This document shows positions 16,946 through 26,448 of a DNA stretch of 33,071 bases, one piece after another (the stretch's first letter is position 1; each line of letters opens with the position of its first letter). Made by a program: the position numbers and the translations under genes. Below the pieces are notes generated by a model. It had not been told where the DNA came from, made no database searches, and was given only the letters and a program-made list of their open reading frames with translations. Origin of the DNA: an uncultured Oscillospiraceae bacterium (GTDB lineage Bacteria > Bacillota > Clostridia > Oscillospirales > Oscillospiraceae); contig CAYVLD010000001.1 in the NCBI GenBank assembly GCA_964452205.1, positions 1-33,071 on the forward strand, in the 5' to 3' direction.

Positions 16946-17947
16946 TTATTGCGTCTGCTTTACAAAGTTCCAGCTATCGGCGCACATCTGCTGAATCGTC
17001 TTATCCGCTGTCCAGTTCAGGAGCTCTTTTGACTTCGTTGTATCCGCCCAGATCGCAGGCAGATCACCGTCACGGCGCGCGCCGATCACACGGTTGACCT
17101 TCACGCCGTTGGCCTCTTCAAACGCTTCGACCAATTCAAAAACGCTCTGTCCGTTGCCTGTGCCGAGATTGATCGCCTCAACGCCGGTGTGCGCTTCTGC
17201 ATACTCCAGCGCCTTCAAATGTCCCCTTGCCAAATCAACAACGTGCAGATAATCGCGTACACAACTGCCGTCACGCGTATCGTAGTCATCACCGAAAATG
17301 GTGAGCTTTTCGAGCTGGCCTGCAGCCACGCGCACAATATACGGCATCAGATTATTCGGGATTCCGTCGGGATCATCACCGAGCAGTCCGGACTCGTGCG
17401 CGCCGATCGGATTAAAGTAACGAAGCGCAACGCACGAAAATTCTTTATCCGCTGCAGCGGTATCGCGCAAAATCTGTTCAATGAAAACCTTGGTCCACCC
17501 GTAAGGATTTGTCGCGGTGTTCACCGGCATCGTCTCCGTATAGGGCGAGGGATTATGCGGACCATACACCGTTGCGGAAGACGAGAAAACAATTATTTTG
17601 CACCCAAACTCTGCCATGCACTCAAGCAAAGACAAGGTCGAATCCAAATTGTTGCGGTAATAACGCAGCGGTATCTTGCAGCTTTCTCCAACCGCCTTCA
17701 GTCCGGCAAAATGGATTACCGCATCGATTGCTTCATTTTGAAACACCGCACGAAGTGCATCTTTATCGCAAACATCGATCTGATAAAACTTCGGCTGCTT
17801 ACCGCAGATCTTCTCGATGCGTGATATGACATCGGGCTTTGCATTGCAAAGGTTATCTACAACAACGACCTCATAGCCGTCATTTAAAAGCTCTACGCAG
17901 GTATGACTTCCGATAAAGCCTGCACCGCCTGTTACAAGAACTCGCAT
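16946..17947 (-). CDS. galE: UDP-glucose 4-epimerase
   Basis: VLVTGGAGFIGSHT, HFAGLKAVGES, FSSSATVYG, NPYGWTK, LRYFNPIGAH, PNNLMPY. Alternative GTG start at 17956. Confidence 0.96.
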   Translation of the reverse strand: MRVLVTGGAGFIGSHTCVELLNDGYEVVVVDNLCNAKPDVISRIEKICGKQPKFYQIDVCDKDALRAVFQNEAIDAVIHFAGLKAVGESCKIPLRYYRNNLDSTLSLLECMAEFGCKIIVFSSSATVYGPHNPSPYTETMPVNTATNPYGWTKVFIEQILRDTAAADKEFSCVALRYFNPIGAHESGLLGDDPDGIPNNLMPYIVRVAAGQLEKLTIFGDDYDTRDGSCVRDYLHVVDLARGHLKALEYAEAHTGVEAINLGTGNGQSVFELVEAFEEANGVKVNRVIGARRDGDLPAIWADTTKSKELLNWTADKTIQQMCADSWNFVKQTQ

Positions 17948-17973
17948 GTTAAACACATCCTCTTTCTCACGGC

Positions 17974-18144
17974 TTACTGCTTGCGCGCCGTGTAATAGTC
18001 ATCAGCTTGTCGAAAAAAGGGACAATTTCCCTTATAGTGTGCATGAATGCGGTACCATTCGTCCTCATCAATGTCCATCGAGCAGTAATACTCATCATTT
18101 TCATCGTCATAATTGTAGTTCCAGCAATCTTCACAATTCGGCAT
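17974..18144 (-). CDS. DUF6472-like small acidic Cys protein (56 aa)
   Basis: Manual translation MPNCEDCWNYNYDDENDEYYCSMDIDEDEWYRIHAHYKGNCPFFRQADDYYTARKQ*, with AAGGGGTG RBS. Not in the ORF track. Confidence 0.85.
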   Translation of the reverse strand: MPNCEDCWNYNYDDENDEYYCSMDIDEDEWYRIHAHYKGNCPFFRQADDYYTARKQ

Positions 18145-18156
18145 CCAAAGCACCCC

Positions 18157-18795
18157 TTATCGGAAAATATTTCCCTCTGCATCCAGAGCTTCTGCTCTAT
18201 GCACCTTGACAAAATTCGGCTTCGGTTGCGGCAGATATCGCTCTATTGCCGCGACCATAAGCATCGGATTAAGGGAAGGATTCTGTGCGCAGATCGTAGC
18301 GTTTACTGCAAGACCGTTATCCTTCTGTGCGACAGACAGTTCACGGATCATCGGGAGAATATCCACCTCTTCGATGCCTCTCTTTGTTCGTTTTTCCACC
18401 AAAAGCTCCGATCTTTGAAACAATTGAGCGATAACAGAAGCATCCGGCACAGCATCATATTCCAGAAACAGCTCTACCTTGAGATGCGTAAGCTCCTTGC
18501 ATTTTCGAGTGCTCTCGTATACTTCAATAATGCGCACGCCCTCCGGAAGTACCGTATTCATCTGTTCGGGAGTAATCTCCATCGGTGCGTCAAGCTCGTA
18601 TTCCATGATCTCGCATCGGCTGCTTACGCCGACACCGAGCGGGAGCAGAATCGACACATACGCATGAGGCGTAAAGCCCTGCGAATGGTGCAGCAGCACG
18701 CCCGCTCTGCGAAACGCACGCTGCATCAGGCGCATGGTATCTAAATGGGACATCCAAACCGCACTGCCTGTCTTTTCAAACAGCATCCTACGCAT
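18157..18795 (-). CDS. TIGR03936 family radical SAM-associated protein (DUF2344)
   Basis: FEKTGSAVWMSHLDTMRLMQRAFRRAG....SQGFTPH....LPLGVGVSS. Overlaps the upstream radical SAM gene. Confidence 0.9.
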   Translation of the reverse strand: MRRMLFEKTGSAVWMSHLDTMRLMQRAFRRAGVLLHHSQGFTPHAYVSILLPLGVGVSSRCEIMEYELDAPMEITPEQMNTVLPEGVRIIEVYESTRKCKELTHLKVELFLEYDAVPDASVIAQLFQRSELLVEKRTKRGIEEVDILPMIRELSVAQKDNGLAVNATICAQNPSLNPMLMVAAIERYLPQPKPNFVKVHRAEALDAEGNIFR

Positions 18796-20623
18796 CGCAT
18801 TTTCCTCCCTTCAGAAGGCAATTTGCGCCGCATGCGCTGCACTGTGTACGGCAATCGGGCGTTGTTTCCGAGCGATACGCCTTATCTCTCTCTCGTCTGA
18901 GATAAGCCTCCTGCACTCCATCGGAAATCGTGCTCCATGGCAGAAGCTCGCCGAGAGCGAAGCCGCGAGCCGTATAAAAATCAGGATCAATGCCGCACGC
19001 TTGCAGACTATCCAGCCATGTTTGATAGGAAAAATACTCATCCCAACCGTCGAGCTTCGCACCACGGCGGACAGCTTCTTCAATCACCGCACCCAAGCGA
19101 CGATCGCCGCGCGCCAAAACAGCCTCCAAATGGCTCAGATCCGCCGCGTGGTAATTATACTCAATGCTCTTAGCAGGCATATTTTCCTTGAGCAGCCTGG
19201 CTCTTCTCAAATATTCCTGCGGCGTGATCTGCTTCTCCCACTGGAACGGAGTAAAGGGCTTCGGCACAAAGAACGCCGTTGCAACATGGATTCGGCAGCC
19301 ACGCTTTTTATTTGTTGCATTTGCTCTCCATGTCTTCAAAATCTTATAAACAAGATCGGCAATACCGAGAACATCCTCATCCGTCTCCGTTGGCAGTCCC
19401 AGCATAAAGTAGAGCTTTACATTACTCCAGCCGCCCTCAAAGGCAATACGGCAGGTTTCCAGAATCTCTTCCTCCGTAACATTTTTATTTATCGCGTCAC
19501 GAAGTCTTTGCGTACCGGCCTCCGGCGCAAAGGTCAAGCCGCTCTTGCGCACCTTCTGCAGCCGAAGCATCAAATCTCTTGAAAAATTATCCGCACGCAG
19601 AGAAGGCACGGATAGATTGATCTTTCTCGGTGTGCAATATTCCAGCATTGAGTCCGCAAGCTCGGGAAGATATTTATAGTCCGAGGTCGAGAGACTGGAC
19701 ATCGTGATCTCATGACAGCCGGAATCTTCAAGCGATTCGACCGCTTGCTTTAAAAGCACCTCCTTGCTTCTCGGGCGTATAGGACGGTAGGTAAAGCCGG
19801 CCTGACAAAAACGACAGCCTCGGATGCACCCACGCATGACCTCCAAGTTCGAACGATCATGCACGATCTCCGTATTCGGAACAATAATGTCCGTCGGATA
19901 CAACGCCTCGTTCAAATCTTGGATAATACGTTTCGTCACCTTTTCAGGCGCGCCTTCCGTCCGTTCGATCGCTTTGAGCGTGCCATCCGTATTATAAACA
20001 TGCTTATAGAAGGAAGGGACATAAATGCCTTCAATCTTTGCCGCTTCGCGCAAAAATTCGATTTTTGACCATGTTTCCTTCTTCGCCTTACGGTAAAGCT
20101 TCAAAATCTCCACCGTAACCTCTTCTCCCTCTCCGATAGAGAAGAAATCTACAAAGTCCGCAAGCGGTTCGGGATTATACATACACGCACCGCCGGCAAA
20201 AACCATGTGCTCCAACCCCTCACGCTCAGATGCTTTCAGCGGTATATTGCCGAGGCGAAGCATATTGAGGATGTTCGTATAGCTCATTTCATAGCCTACA
20301 GTAAATGCAATCATGTCAAAGTCGGCAATCGGATCGCCGCTTTCGAGCGCATACAGCGGAATTTCGTTTTCGCGCATCGCCTGCTCCATATCGCCCCACG
20401 GCGCAAAGACGCGTTCACACCATACGCCGTCCATTCGGTTCATCACGGCATAAAGGATCTTCATGCCGAGGTTCGACATGCCGATCTCATAGGTGTCCGG
20501 AAAGCAAAACGCAACTCGCAGCTCGACAGAATCCTTCTGCTTTATGATCTGCCGATACTCGCCGCCGACGTAGCGCGCAGGTTTTTGTACATTCGGTAAA
20601 ATTTGCTCTAATTTTTTATTCAT
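18788..20623 (-). CDS. TIGR03960 family B12-binding-like radical SAM protein
   Basis: VQKPARYVGGE, FPDTYEIGMSNLG, RGCIRGCRFCQAG (CxxxCxxC), TFAPEAGTQRLR, FVPKPFTPFQW, and C-terminal CRTQCSACG. Confidence 0.93.
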   Translation of the reverse strand: MNKKLEQILPNVQKPARYVGGEYRQIIKQKDSVELRVAFCFPDTYEIGMSNLGMKILYAVMNRMDGVWCERVFAPWGDMEQAMRENEIPLYALESGDPIADFDMIAFTVGYEMSYTNILNMLRLGNIPLKASEREGLEHMVFAGGACMYNPEPLADFVDFFSIGEGEEVTVEILKLYRKAKKETWSKIEFLREAAKIEGIYVPSFYKHVYNTDGTLKAIERTEGAPEKVTKRIIQDLNEALYPTDIIVPNTEIVHDRSNLEVMRGCIRGCRFCQAGFTYRPIRPRSKEVLLKQAVESLEDSGCHEITMSSLSTSDYKYLPELADSMLEYCTPRKINLSVPSLRADNFSRDLMLRLQKVRKSGLTFAPEAGTQRLRDAINKNVTEEEILETCRIAFEGGWSNVKLYFMLGLPTETDEDVLGIADLVYKILKTWRANATNKKRGCRIHVATAFFVPKPFTPFQWEKQITPQEYLRRARLLKENMPAKSIEYNYHAADLSHLEAVLARGDRRLGAVIEEAVRRGAKLDGWDEYFSYQTWLDSLQACGIDPDFYTARGFALGELLPWSTISDGVQEAYLRRERDKAYRSETTPDCRTQCSACGANCLLKGGKCDA

Positions 20624-21489
20624 TATTTCTCCAAAAGACTTAACAAATACTGTCCGTATTCTGTCATTCTCAGTTCTTCACCGACAGCCTTTAGCTGTTC
20701 GTCAGTGATAAAGCCCTTCTCCCAAGCGATCTCCTCGGGGCAAGCAATATACATTCCCTGTCTGGTCTGCACGGCCTCGACAAACTGCGCTGCCTGCAAA
20801 ATCCCCTCCGGTGTGCCGGTGTCCAACCACGCCATACCGCGCTCCATAAGTTCAACATGCAGCTTACCGCGTTTCAGATATTCCTCATTAAGAGAAGTGA
20901 TCTCGAGCTCGCCTCTGGCAGAAGGCTTTAACGTCTTTGCCAATGCTACTGCATCTTCATCATAAAAGTATAAGCCCGGAACAGCGTATCTGGACTTCGG
21001 CTGCTTTGGTTTTTCCTCGATGGAAAGCACCTTGCCGTCAGCATCGAACTCTACAACACCGTAGGCGCTCGGATCCTTGACGGGATAACCGAAAACGGTC
21101 GCACCTTCGGTGCGTTCGCAAGCCGATTCGAGCAGTCGGCCAAGCTGACTGCCTTGGAAAAGATTATCGCCCAAAATTAAGCAGCATCTTTCCCCTGCAA
21201 TAAAATCCTCTGCAATCAAAAACGCGTCGGCAATGCCGCGCGCAACATGCTGCACACCGTAAGAAATCGAAGCACCGAATTGACTGCCGTCACCAAGTGC
21301 ACGCTGATATGCTTCAACATCCGCAGGCGCGGTAATGAGCATGATCTCGCGAATGCCGGCTCTGAGCAGTACGGACAACGGATAATAAACCATCGGTTTG
21401 TCATAGATCGGAATCAAAGGCTTTGACACGGCTTTTGTCATCGGGTAAAGGCGGCTTCCCTTTCCGCCGGCCAGAATAATACCTTTCAT
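20623..21489 (-). CDS. rfbA: Glucose-1-phosphate thymidylyltransferase
   Basis: MKGIILAGGKGSRLYPMT...YDKPMVYYPLS, LILGDN, EEKP, GLYFYD, RGELEIT, WLDTGT. Alternative start 21498. Confidence 0.92.
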   Translation of the reverse strand: MKGIILAGGKGSRLYPMTKAVSKPLIPIYDKPMVYYPLSVLLRAGIREIMLITAPADVEAYQRALGDGSQFGASISYGVQHVARGIADAFLIAEDFIAGERCCLILGDNLFQGSQLGRLLESACERTEGATVFGYPVKDPSAYGVVEFDADGKVLSIEEKPKQPKSRYAVPGLYFYDEDAVALAKTLKPSARGELEITSLNEEYLKRGKLHVELMERGMAWLDTGTPEGILQAAQFVEAVQTRQGMYIACPEEIAWEKGFITDEQLKAVGEELRMTEYGQYLLSLLEK

Positions 21490-21494
21490 TGCAC

Positions 21495-22655
21495 TCATCC
21501 TTTCTTCTTATACACATTTAATCCGCAGCGCTGATAAAACGCCGCACGCGTCGTTAAACTTGTCGTATCCGCATTGCCAACTGTTTCCAACTCTTTTCCG
21601 ATGCTCTTTCTGCGAAACAGTACGGCTCTGATCCATCGCCAGATCCAATAAAACGGCAACGCAGGCGGAAATTTCTTCAAGCCGGGAAAGTAGCGTTTCA
21701 TCGTTTGATACGGCGGAAAAAGTCGTTTCAGCGTATATGTAAACCGATTATTCTGCCGCAGCATACGGTCTACGACTCGCTGTTCTTCCGTTCCGAAAGC
21801 GCCGCTGCCCAGAATATAGTTGCCAAGCTCTTCATCCAATTGCGTCGCCTTTTCTTCGCCAAACCATACAAACGCCAAATGCTCAACCGTTTTTGCAAAC
21901 TCTGACAGCTCCAGCTTGTCCAGCAGCTTTTCCCGTTTCTGCCGATCCATCGGCATATGATTGTTGCATACCCAAATATCCATAATCGGGCGAATGCCCA
22001 CACCGCCATTGAGCAGATGCTTCACAATATGGCACAGGATATAGGCATAATGCTCTTCATTCGGCAAGCGGCAGACATAGCCGCAGCCTTCCATAGGCTC
22101 AGCAAACGAAAGCAGCTTGTCCAAAAAATCCCTCGTCTGCGCATTGAAGCTCTCGGAGCAAAGCGTCTTCTTCACTTCGAAATTCAAGCCCTCCGGCGTA
22201 AGATACTGATCCGTATCCCCTTGATCGAACTTCAAAATGCGGCAGCCCATTTCTTCGAACTGTTTTTTGACTTCCTCGGCCTTGGACGCATCGATCAGAA
22301 GATCAATATCCGACATATACCGCAATTCAGGCTTCGGGTACAGCGCCTTGGTCACCGCTCCCTTGAGTGCAACACAGCGAATCTGCGAAGCCTCAAATCG
22401 GCGATAGATTTCTTCCAGCTTCTGTTGCTGCATGGTTTCACGAACAACTGCGGCATAAGTCTGCTGCTTCAAGGTTGCTCTGATTTTCTCGTCAGGTTGC
22501 TGCTCTGAAGGCATCCGTGCCATCGCATAATAGAGCAGGTTCAAAACCCCATGCTGATGTGCAATCGTGATACAACGCGATATATTGCAATCCACACTCT
22601 GTCCGGTCAACGCAGCTCGTACACAGGAGATCAGATATGTATTCAATTGGTTCAT
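21495..22655 (-). CDS. Nucleotidyltransferase family protein (NTP_transf_5-like)
   Basis: LKGAVTKALYPKPELRYMSDIDLL (LKG...R.M.DID) and H..KH...GGVGIR...D motifs. AGGGGG RBS. Confidence 0.85.
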   Translation of the reverse strand: MNQLNTYLISCVRAALTGQSVDCNISRCITIAHQHGVLNLLYYAMARMPSEQQPDEKIRATLKQQTYAAVVRETMQQQKLEEIYRRFEASQIRCVALKGAVTKALYPKPELRYMSDIDLLIDASKAEEVKKQFEEMGCRILKFDQGDTDQYLTPEGLNFEVKKTLCSESFNAQTRDFLDKLLSFAEPMEGCGYVCRLPNEEHYAYILCHIVKHLLNGGVGIRPIMDIWVCNNHMPMDRQKREKLLDKLELSEFAKTVEHLAFVWFGEEKATQLDEELGNYILGSGAFGTEEQRVVDRMLRQNNRFTYTLKRLFPPYQTMKRYFPGLKKFPPALPFYWIWRWIRAVLFRRKSIGKELETVGNADTTSLTTRAAFYQRCGLNVYKKKG

Positions 22656-22741
22656 GTATTGATCCCCCTACCCTTTGTATAGTAGCACCCTCATTCCGGA
22701 CGTATTTCGTAAAATTGCTCTCCGAGGGATAGATCGCGGTG

Positions 22742-24274
22742 TTATTTCTCTATATATTCAAATTCGATCTCATTTGAAAGACCGTGATAACGGCGATAAT
22801 AGTTCTCGTGGAACTCACCCATAGGAATAAAATACCACGAAAATGTATCATCCTCTAACTCATACAAACGTATCTTCCCTGACTCCTCCGCAGCTAAAGT
22901 GTTCTGAATATTCATCTTATGTATTGTTCTATTATTATTGTAACCAATAAACAGCACCAATAACGCGACTACTGTAGCAATCACAGTTACAGCTCTCGAA
23001 ACGATATAAGCAACACTTCTGTTCTTTATTTGCACAATCTTCAATATCCAAAGTATGGTTAATGCCAACGGACAAATGCTTCCGACAGCACCGGCACACA
23101 AAATAAAGGCCGAATCCTCCTTGGGGAAACGTGAAAGGCAGAAACCAATCAGCAGCATGTACACAGTATACATGCTGAACATGCATCTATAGCCCCACAC
23201 ATCAGAGATCATCAGCATTATTTGAGAGCCCACTCCCACAAAAATCAATGCTATGATTTTCACTTTACCATCATAACGACAGCAGACAAAACAATATAAA
23301 AGTTGAGCCACGATACCCACAAAAACAGCCGATATGACGAGCGCATTCTCAAAAGAAGGAATAATGCGAATTAACAAAAGCCCCAAAGGAACGCACGCTG
23401 ATAGCATGCTGATTTTTCGTCCTTTTTCCTTATGAATAAGGGTGCAGCAACAAGAGGAAAGCATAAGTGTAAAGGGAAAAGCGACAGACGAAGCAATGTT
23501 TTGATGAATTAACGTCCATGCATCGTCAATTAATGATGAAGTTGTCTGTTCATCCACTCTCGCAAAATTACCTGGTGCAAATATTAGGGCAGCAAGGCCG
23601 GCCAACGCAACAAGATAGCCCAATACAATAAAACCTTTGATTTTTCTTTTACGGATCAGATCGAATGCTAAAATAAGCGTACAAAATCCAACAAACATCA
23701 ACGCGTATTGTTCTACAGACGATGCTGCGAAAAAGCACAGAACACAATACAGCAATTTTTGCAAAACCGTTATATCGGACTTCAAACGGACAATTTGAAA
23801 GATCCATATAGCAAACAAAAAGACCACCGCAGGGAAAAGATAATTCATCATACCCGTGATCCAAAATACAGTCTCACGCATGCAGAAAACATTAAGCGCA
23901 GCAAACATTACCATGCCATATCGTATATATGTGCGCTCAGATGTTTTATCCTCGCTCTTCGCCGCAAGTAATTTAATATTCTTCGCCAGAAGGATAATAA
24001 ACGCCAGAATCACAAGTGGATTAAGCATAACGAAAAGTACACGATCGAAGTATAGCAACGCCGAATCGAGAATGTTGATCCAAAAACGGCCATTTCCCGT
24101 CATGTAATAGTCAGCAACATTGCTAAAAATTCCTTCTTTCGCAAAAGTAGCATACATAAAATCATCGCCATTTAGGTACACACACGCACTAATTGCGTAA
24201 AAGAACACCATGTATATACAAATCTCGATATAAAAACTGTAGCGATTTTTAAGTCCAAGTAATTTCCGATTCAT
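22742..24274 (-). CDS. Polytopic membrane protein, DUF6056-like (putative GT-C fold glycosyltransferase)
   Basis: DDFMY, Y.TGNGR, FWITGMMNYLFP, E residue in ASSVEQ, APGNFAR motifs, and many hydrophobic segments. Confidence 0.7.
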   Translation of the reverse strand: MNRKLLGLKNRYSFYIEICIYMVFFYAISACVYLNGDDFMYATFAKEGIFSNVADYYMTGNGRFWINILDSALLYFDRVLFVMLNPLVILAFIILLAKNIKLLAAKSEDKTSERTYIRYGMVMFAALNVFCMRETVFWITGMMNYLFPAVVFLFAIWIFQIVRLKSDITVLQKLLYCVLCFFAASSVEQYALMFVGFCTLILAFDLIRKRKIKGFIVLGYLVALAGLAALIFAPGNFARVDEQTTSSLIDDAWTLIHQNIASSVAFPFTLMLSSCCCTLIHKEKGRKISMLSACVPLGLLLIRIIPSFENALVISAVFVGIVAQLLYCFVCCRYDGKVKIIALIFVGVGSQIMLMISDVWGYRCMFSMYTVYMLLIGFCLSRFPKEDSAFILCAGAVGSICPLALTILWILKIVQIKNRSVAYIVSRAVTVIATVVALLVLFIGYNNNRTIHKMNIQNTLAAEESGKIRLYELEDDTFSWYFIPMGEFHENYYRRYHGLSNEIEFEYIEK

Positions 24275-24290
24275 AATTTATCTCCTTATT

Positions 24291-25463
24291 TTAATCTCTC
24301 ACTATCTTATGCCTCAAAAAATTAACAAACTTTGTTGCTCTGTTAAAAAATGAAGTTCTACTTTCAGCAAACCATTTCTCGCATTCATCGATTTTCCCCT
24401 CTTTTATGAGCGAAAATGCCTCGCCTCTTTTCTCGTGCGCAGAAAATGATTTTAGAATTGCTGGGTTTTGTCTACTTGCCTCTTCCAAGGAAACAAGCAT
24501 CATTTGAATCCTATCCTTTAAGCTCTCGAGGATTGCTTTGCCACGCTCGCTTTGCACAAGAACAACAGAAGTTCCCTTGTTATCGTCCATCTCCGGCATA
24601 ATATCCCAAATGCCCCAAAAATCACCAATCGTCAAATCACTAACGCGGTTATAACCCTTAAAACGACAATTCGCACAGGAGTCACGATTGATACAACCAT
24701 TTACGAAAAGCTTCATGTAAATACTCTCGTTGCTCTTCGCACTATGATAAAAGCCGTCTTCATATTGAAATAAATTGGAGTATTGATATCGGCTCCAACC
24801 GGTATGCTTCGAGCGCAGATTGATCGCAATCGGCATTTCACCTTTACGATCTTGCTCTGCGCGGTATTTTACATATTCGCGCCATGCCAGCGGTGAAGGC
24901 ACGCTATGGCAAACGAAATCCATTGTTAAAAGATTTTCATAATCCTTGCAGAGAAAAGCCTTTAGCCCCCCAACTTGGCAAGGCGTACCGGAAAACAGTA
25001 TCTGCTGTCCCCTGTCAAGTCTCATCTTTACTTGCGCAAAAATGCCGTGCAAATCGCTCTGTGCATATTTCGCGCCCCTGAATTTTGCAAGCCCTTCCTC
25101 ATCCTCTGCGCAAGTATGTACGACTTCAAATTTCTCATTATACGCCGCACCAAACACTGCGCCGCCATGCTCCAAAACAACTTTTGCGACTTCCGTAAAT
25201 ACACCGCCGGATGAGCTATTAAGACGCATCGCCTCATTTTTGGAAGATGCTGCATATGCTTTCGGCTCATTGTCCGCCTTCTTCAGCGGGTGAACAATCG
25301 GGCAAGTCTTCTCACAAAGACCGCACGCAACACATTGATCCGCATCAATGACAGGATGAAAAAAACCATTCTCATCCTCTATCATCCGGATGCATCCCTT
25401 GGGGCAAGCAGAAACGCACGCGGTGCAGCCGGTACAGTTTTCTTTTGTTGCTATCTTAGGCAT
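24291..25463 (-). CDS. 2[4Fe-4S] ferredoxin + coenzyme F420 hydrogenase beta-subunit (FrhB)-like protein
   Basis: CTGCTACVSACP...CVACGLCEKTCP, SSSGGVFT, GAKYAQS, GTPCQV, CHSVPS, RDSCANC, SDLTIGDFWG. Start ATG 25463. Confidence 0.9.
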   Translation of the reverse strand: MPKIATKENCTGCTACVSACPKGCIRMIEDENGFFHPVIDADQCVACGLCEKTCPIVHPLKKADNEPKAYAASSKNEAMRLNSSSGGVFTEVAKVVLEHGGAVFGAAYNEKFEVVHTCAEDEEGLAKFRGAKYAQSDLHGIFAQVKMRLDRGQQILFSGTPCQVGGLKAFLCKDYENLLTMDFVCHSVPSPLAWREYVKYRAEQDRKGEMPIAINLRSKHTGWSRYQYSNLFQYEDGFYHSAKSNESIYMKLFVNGCINRDSCANCRFKGYNRVSDLTIGDFWGIWDIMPEMDDNKGTSVVLVQSERGKAILESLKDRIQMMLVSLEEASRQNPAILKSFSAHEKRGEAFSLIKEGKIDECEKWFAESRTSFFNRATKFVNFLRHKIVRD

Positions 25464-26448
25464 TTTTATTCCCCACAATACAAACAACTTTATTCCATGC
25501 GCGAAGCAAAAACGCTACCGCCGGACGCACCTTTCTAAAGTATAGAATTCTGTCATATATACTGGGTGATTCTATCTGCTTTAATTGATCATAAGCCTCT
25601 TTAAGCAAGTTCTCATCTTCATGTATGTCAGCCAGATTCATAATGCTGCGCCAATATGCCGCATCAATCATTTTAAGATACCCTGATTGTTCCTTTGCAT
25701 CAGTAACAATCAGCTTCGTCATATAAATGCGAATATCTCTGTATCCCGCAGCATTTTCCAAGGCGCGTTTTTTCGCCAATTTTTCATCAGCCGTCCGAGT
25801 AAGAGAATTCTCTTGATGTATATAATTCATAAACGGTTTATCAATGAAGCCGCAATGTTTCGAATATGTCAGAGGCAGTAAGAACTGCAAATTCTGACCA
25901 TATCTTGACGTATATATCTCGCGATCAGGGTAAAATCGAAATAAGGATTCAGCTCGTACCATGTAACTGCCGGCCCAATTATTGGTTTCTCCTTTTAAAA
26001 GCGCAACAAAAACATCTTTTCGTTCTTTCTCTTTTTGCTCGCAAATAAACAAATGCTTGCGTTGCCCTTTTACGCTCCATCCATTTGAACGAACCACATC
26101 ACATTCCGGATGAGCATCTAAATAGGCAGCACGTTCACACACGGACCCGGGCAAATACTCATCGTCCGCATCCAATAAAGAGATATAATCTCCTGATACA
26201 TATTTTAATCCTGTATTAATCGCACCGCCTAATCCTTTATTCTCTTGAAACACATAATGCAGAACCCAGCCTTTTTTTTCAAAAGCTTCTACCCATGAAA
26301 GAATTCTACTTTTGCTGTTATCAACAGATCCGTCGTCAACAACAACGAGCTCTACTAAACCATAGTCTTGTGTATAAATCGAAGAAATGGCTCTATCGAT
26401 TACAGCCTCACCATTATAGCAAGGGATGATTACGCTGACAGTTTTCAC
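25456..26448 (-). CDS. Glycosyltransferase family 2
   Basis: VSVIIPCYN, VVVDDGSVD, NKGLGGAIN, LDADD. GTG start. Confidence 0.92.
   Translation of the reverse strand: MKTVSVIIPCYNGEAVIDRAISSIYTQDYGLVELVVVDDGSVDNSKSRILSWVEAFEKKGWVLHYVFQENKGLGGAINTGLKYVSGDYISLLDADDEYLPGSVCERAAYLDAHPECDVVRSNGWSVKGQRKHLFICEQKEKERKDVFVALLKGETNNWAGSYMVRAESLFRFYPDREIYTSRYGQNLQFLLPLTYSKHCGFIDKPFMNYIHQENSLTRTADEKLAKKRALENAAGYRDIRIYMTKLIVTDAKEQSGYLKMIDAAYWRSIMNLADIHEDENLLKEAYDQLKQIESPSIYDRILYFRKVRPAVAFLLRAWNKVVCIVGNKNA

Noticed and set aside
17967..18212. 81-aa minus-strand ORF in the track
   Set aside because: Wrong frame. The 56-aa Cys/acidic ORF 17974..18144 has the RBS and the family-like sequence.
21495..22741. 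Lasso peptide/RiPP cluster around the nucleotidyltransferase
   Set aside because: No precursor, RRE, cyclase, peptidase or ABC transporter is visible in the window.
24291..25463. F420 hydrogenase or methanogen-type metabolism
   Set aside because: No FrhA/FrhG, maturation or F420 genes are present, and the context is a polysaccharide locus.
26272..26279. A8 tract in a GT2 (also 7-nt tracts near 25359 and 30944) as phase-variation sites
   Set aside because: The tracts are short, in frame and expected in AT-rich Lys/Phe codons.
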